A stretch of DNA of 64,000 nt, taken from Squalus acanthias. Its lineage: Eukaryota. The stretch's first letter is position 1, and every line of letters begins with the position of its first letter. A program made the translations under genes and the position numbers. This document shows positions 63,640 through 64,000 of this stretch, piece after piece. Location of the stretch: positions 128,900,001 through 128,964,000 of the forward strand of contig CM059431.1 of the NCBI GenBank assembly GCA_030390025.1. The letters run 5' to 3'. The notes beneath the pieces were generated by a model. That model saw only the letters and a program-made list of their open reading frames with translations. It was not told where the DNA came from and did not search any database.

Positions 63640-63848
63640 TGTAAGGGTGTGGGTTGTGATAAGAGTCAGCCTTTCCCCTGACTCAGTGAGCGGTTCGAAT
63701 CGCTCCCACGCCCCAGGTTCAAAACTTGGACTTATTTAGGGGTTGTGAATAAAGATGCAGTAGACAACAGGTTCCGATTAAAGAATTATAACTTTTATTA
63801 AAGTTAAAAGGTAACAAACTTAAACACACTTCACACTTAAACAGGTTG
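63640..63848 (-). repeat. 5' LTR remnant (3'-terminal 209 bp only)
   Basis: Matches 56525-56733 with about 6 substitutions; abuts LINE sequence. Confidence 0.9.
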
Positions 63849-64000
63849 GTTCTCTCACCACCTGCTGCAGGCCCAGACTGGCAGCTATGTCCTTCAGGAC
63901 TCGGCCAGGTCGGTCAGTAGTGTTGCTACCGAGCCAACCTTGGTGATGGACATTGAAGCTCTCCACCCAGAGTAAATTCTGTGCCCTTGCTACCCTCAGT
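63849..64000 (-). mobile_element. LINE APE region (continuation of the host LINE)
   Basis: Colinear with about 47063-47215. Confidence 0.85.

Larger units (their letters stand above)
56525..63848 (-). mobile_element. Non-autonomous LTR provirus-like element: (truncated 5' LTR)-PBS-gag-ORFX-env-PPT-3' LTR, no pro/pol
   Basis: Direct repeat of about 208 bp at 56525 and 63640; PBS, PPT, CCHC gag, env with furin site and TM. Confidence 0.9.

Overview
Eukaryotic, repeat-dominated DNA. The repeat landscape (CR1 LINEs with an esterase ORF1, L2, Penelope, a Deu-core SINE, abundant PIF/Harbinger elements) suggests a cartilaginous fish; this is an inference. No host protein-coding gene could be identified. 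The main feature is a minus-strand LTR provirus-like element (56525-63848) carrying a tRNA-Arg-like PBS overlapping the gag ATG and a CCHC gag. It has no pro/pol. In that position is a diverged second copy of the gag coiled-coil region, followed by an env-like gene (signal peptide, V-set Ig-like domain, furin site, fusion-protein-like ectodomain, TM) split by a MITE. Three long solo LTRs with 4-bp TSDs share a covarying hairpin, a splice donor and a polyA signal with it. Also present: a near-intact two-gene Harbinger transposon with non-autonomous relatives, two fold-back Penelope insertions carrying hammerhead ribozyme cores, and a single-ORF LINE whose 5' end is a tRNA-derived head. All family assignments come from motif recognition by eye, with no database searches.
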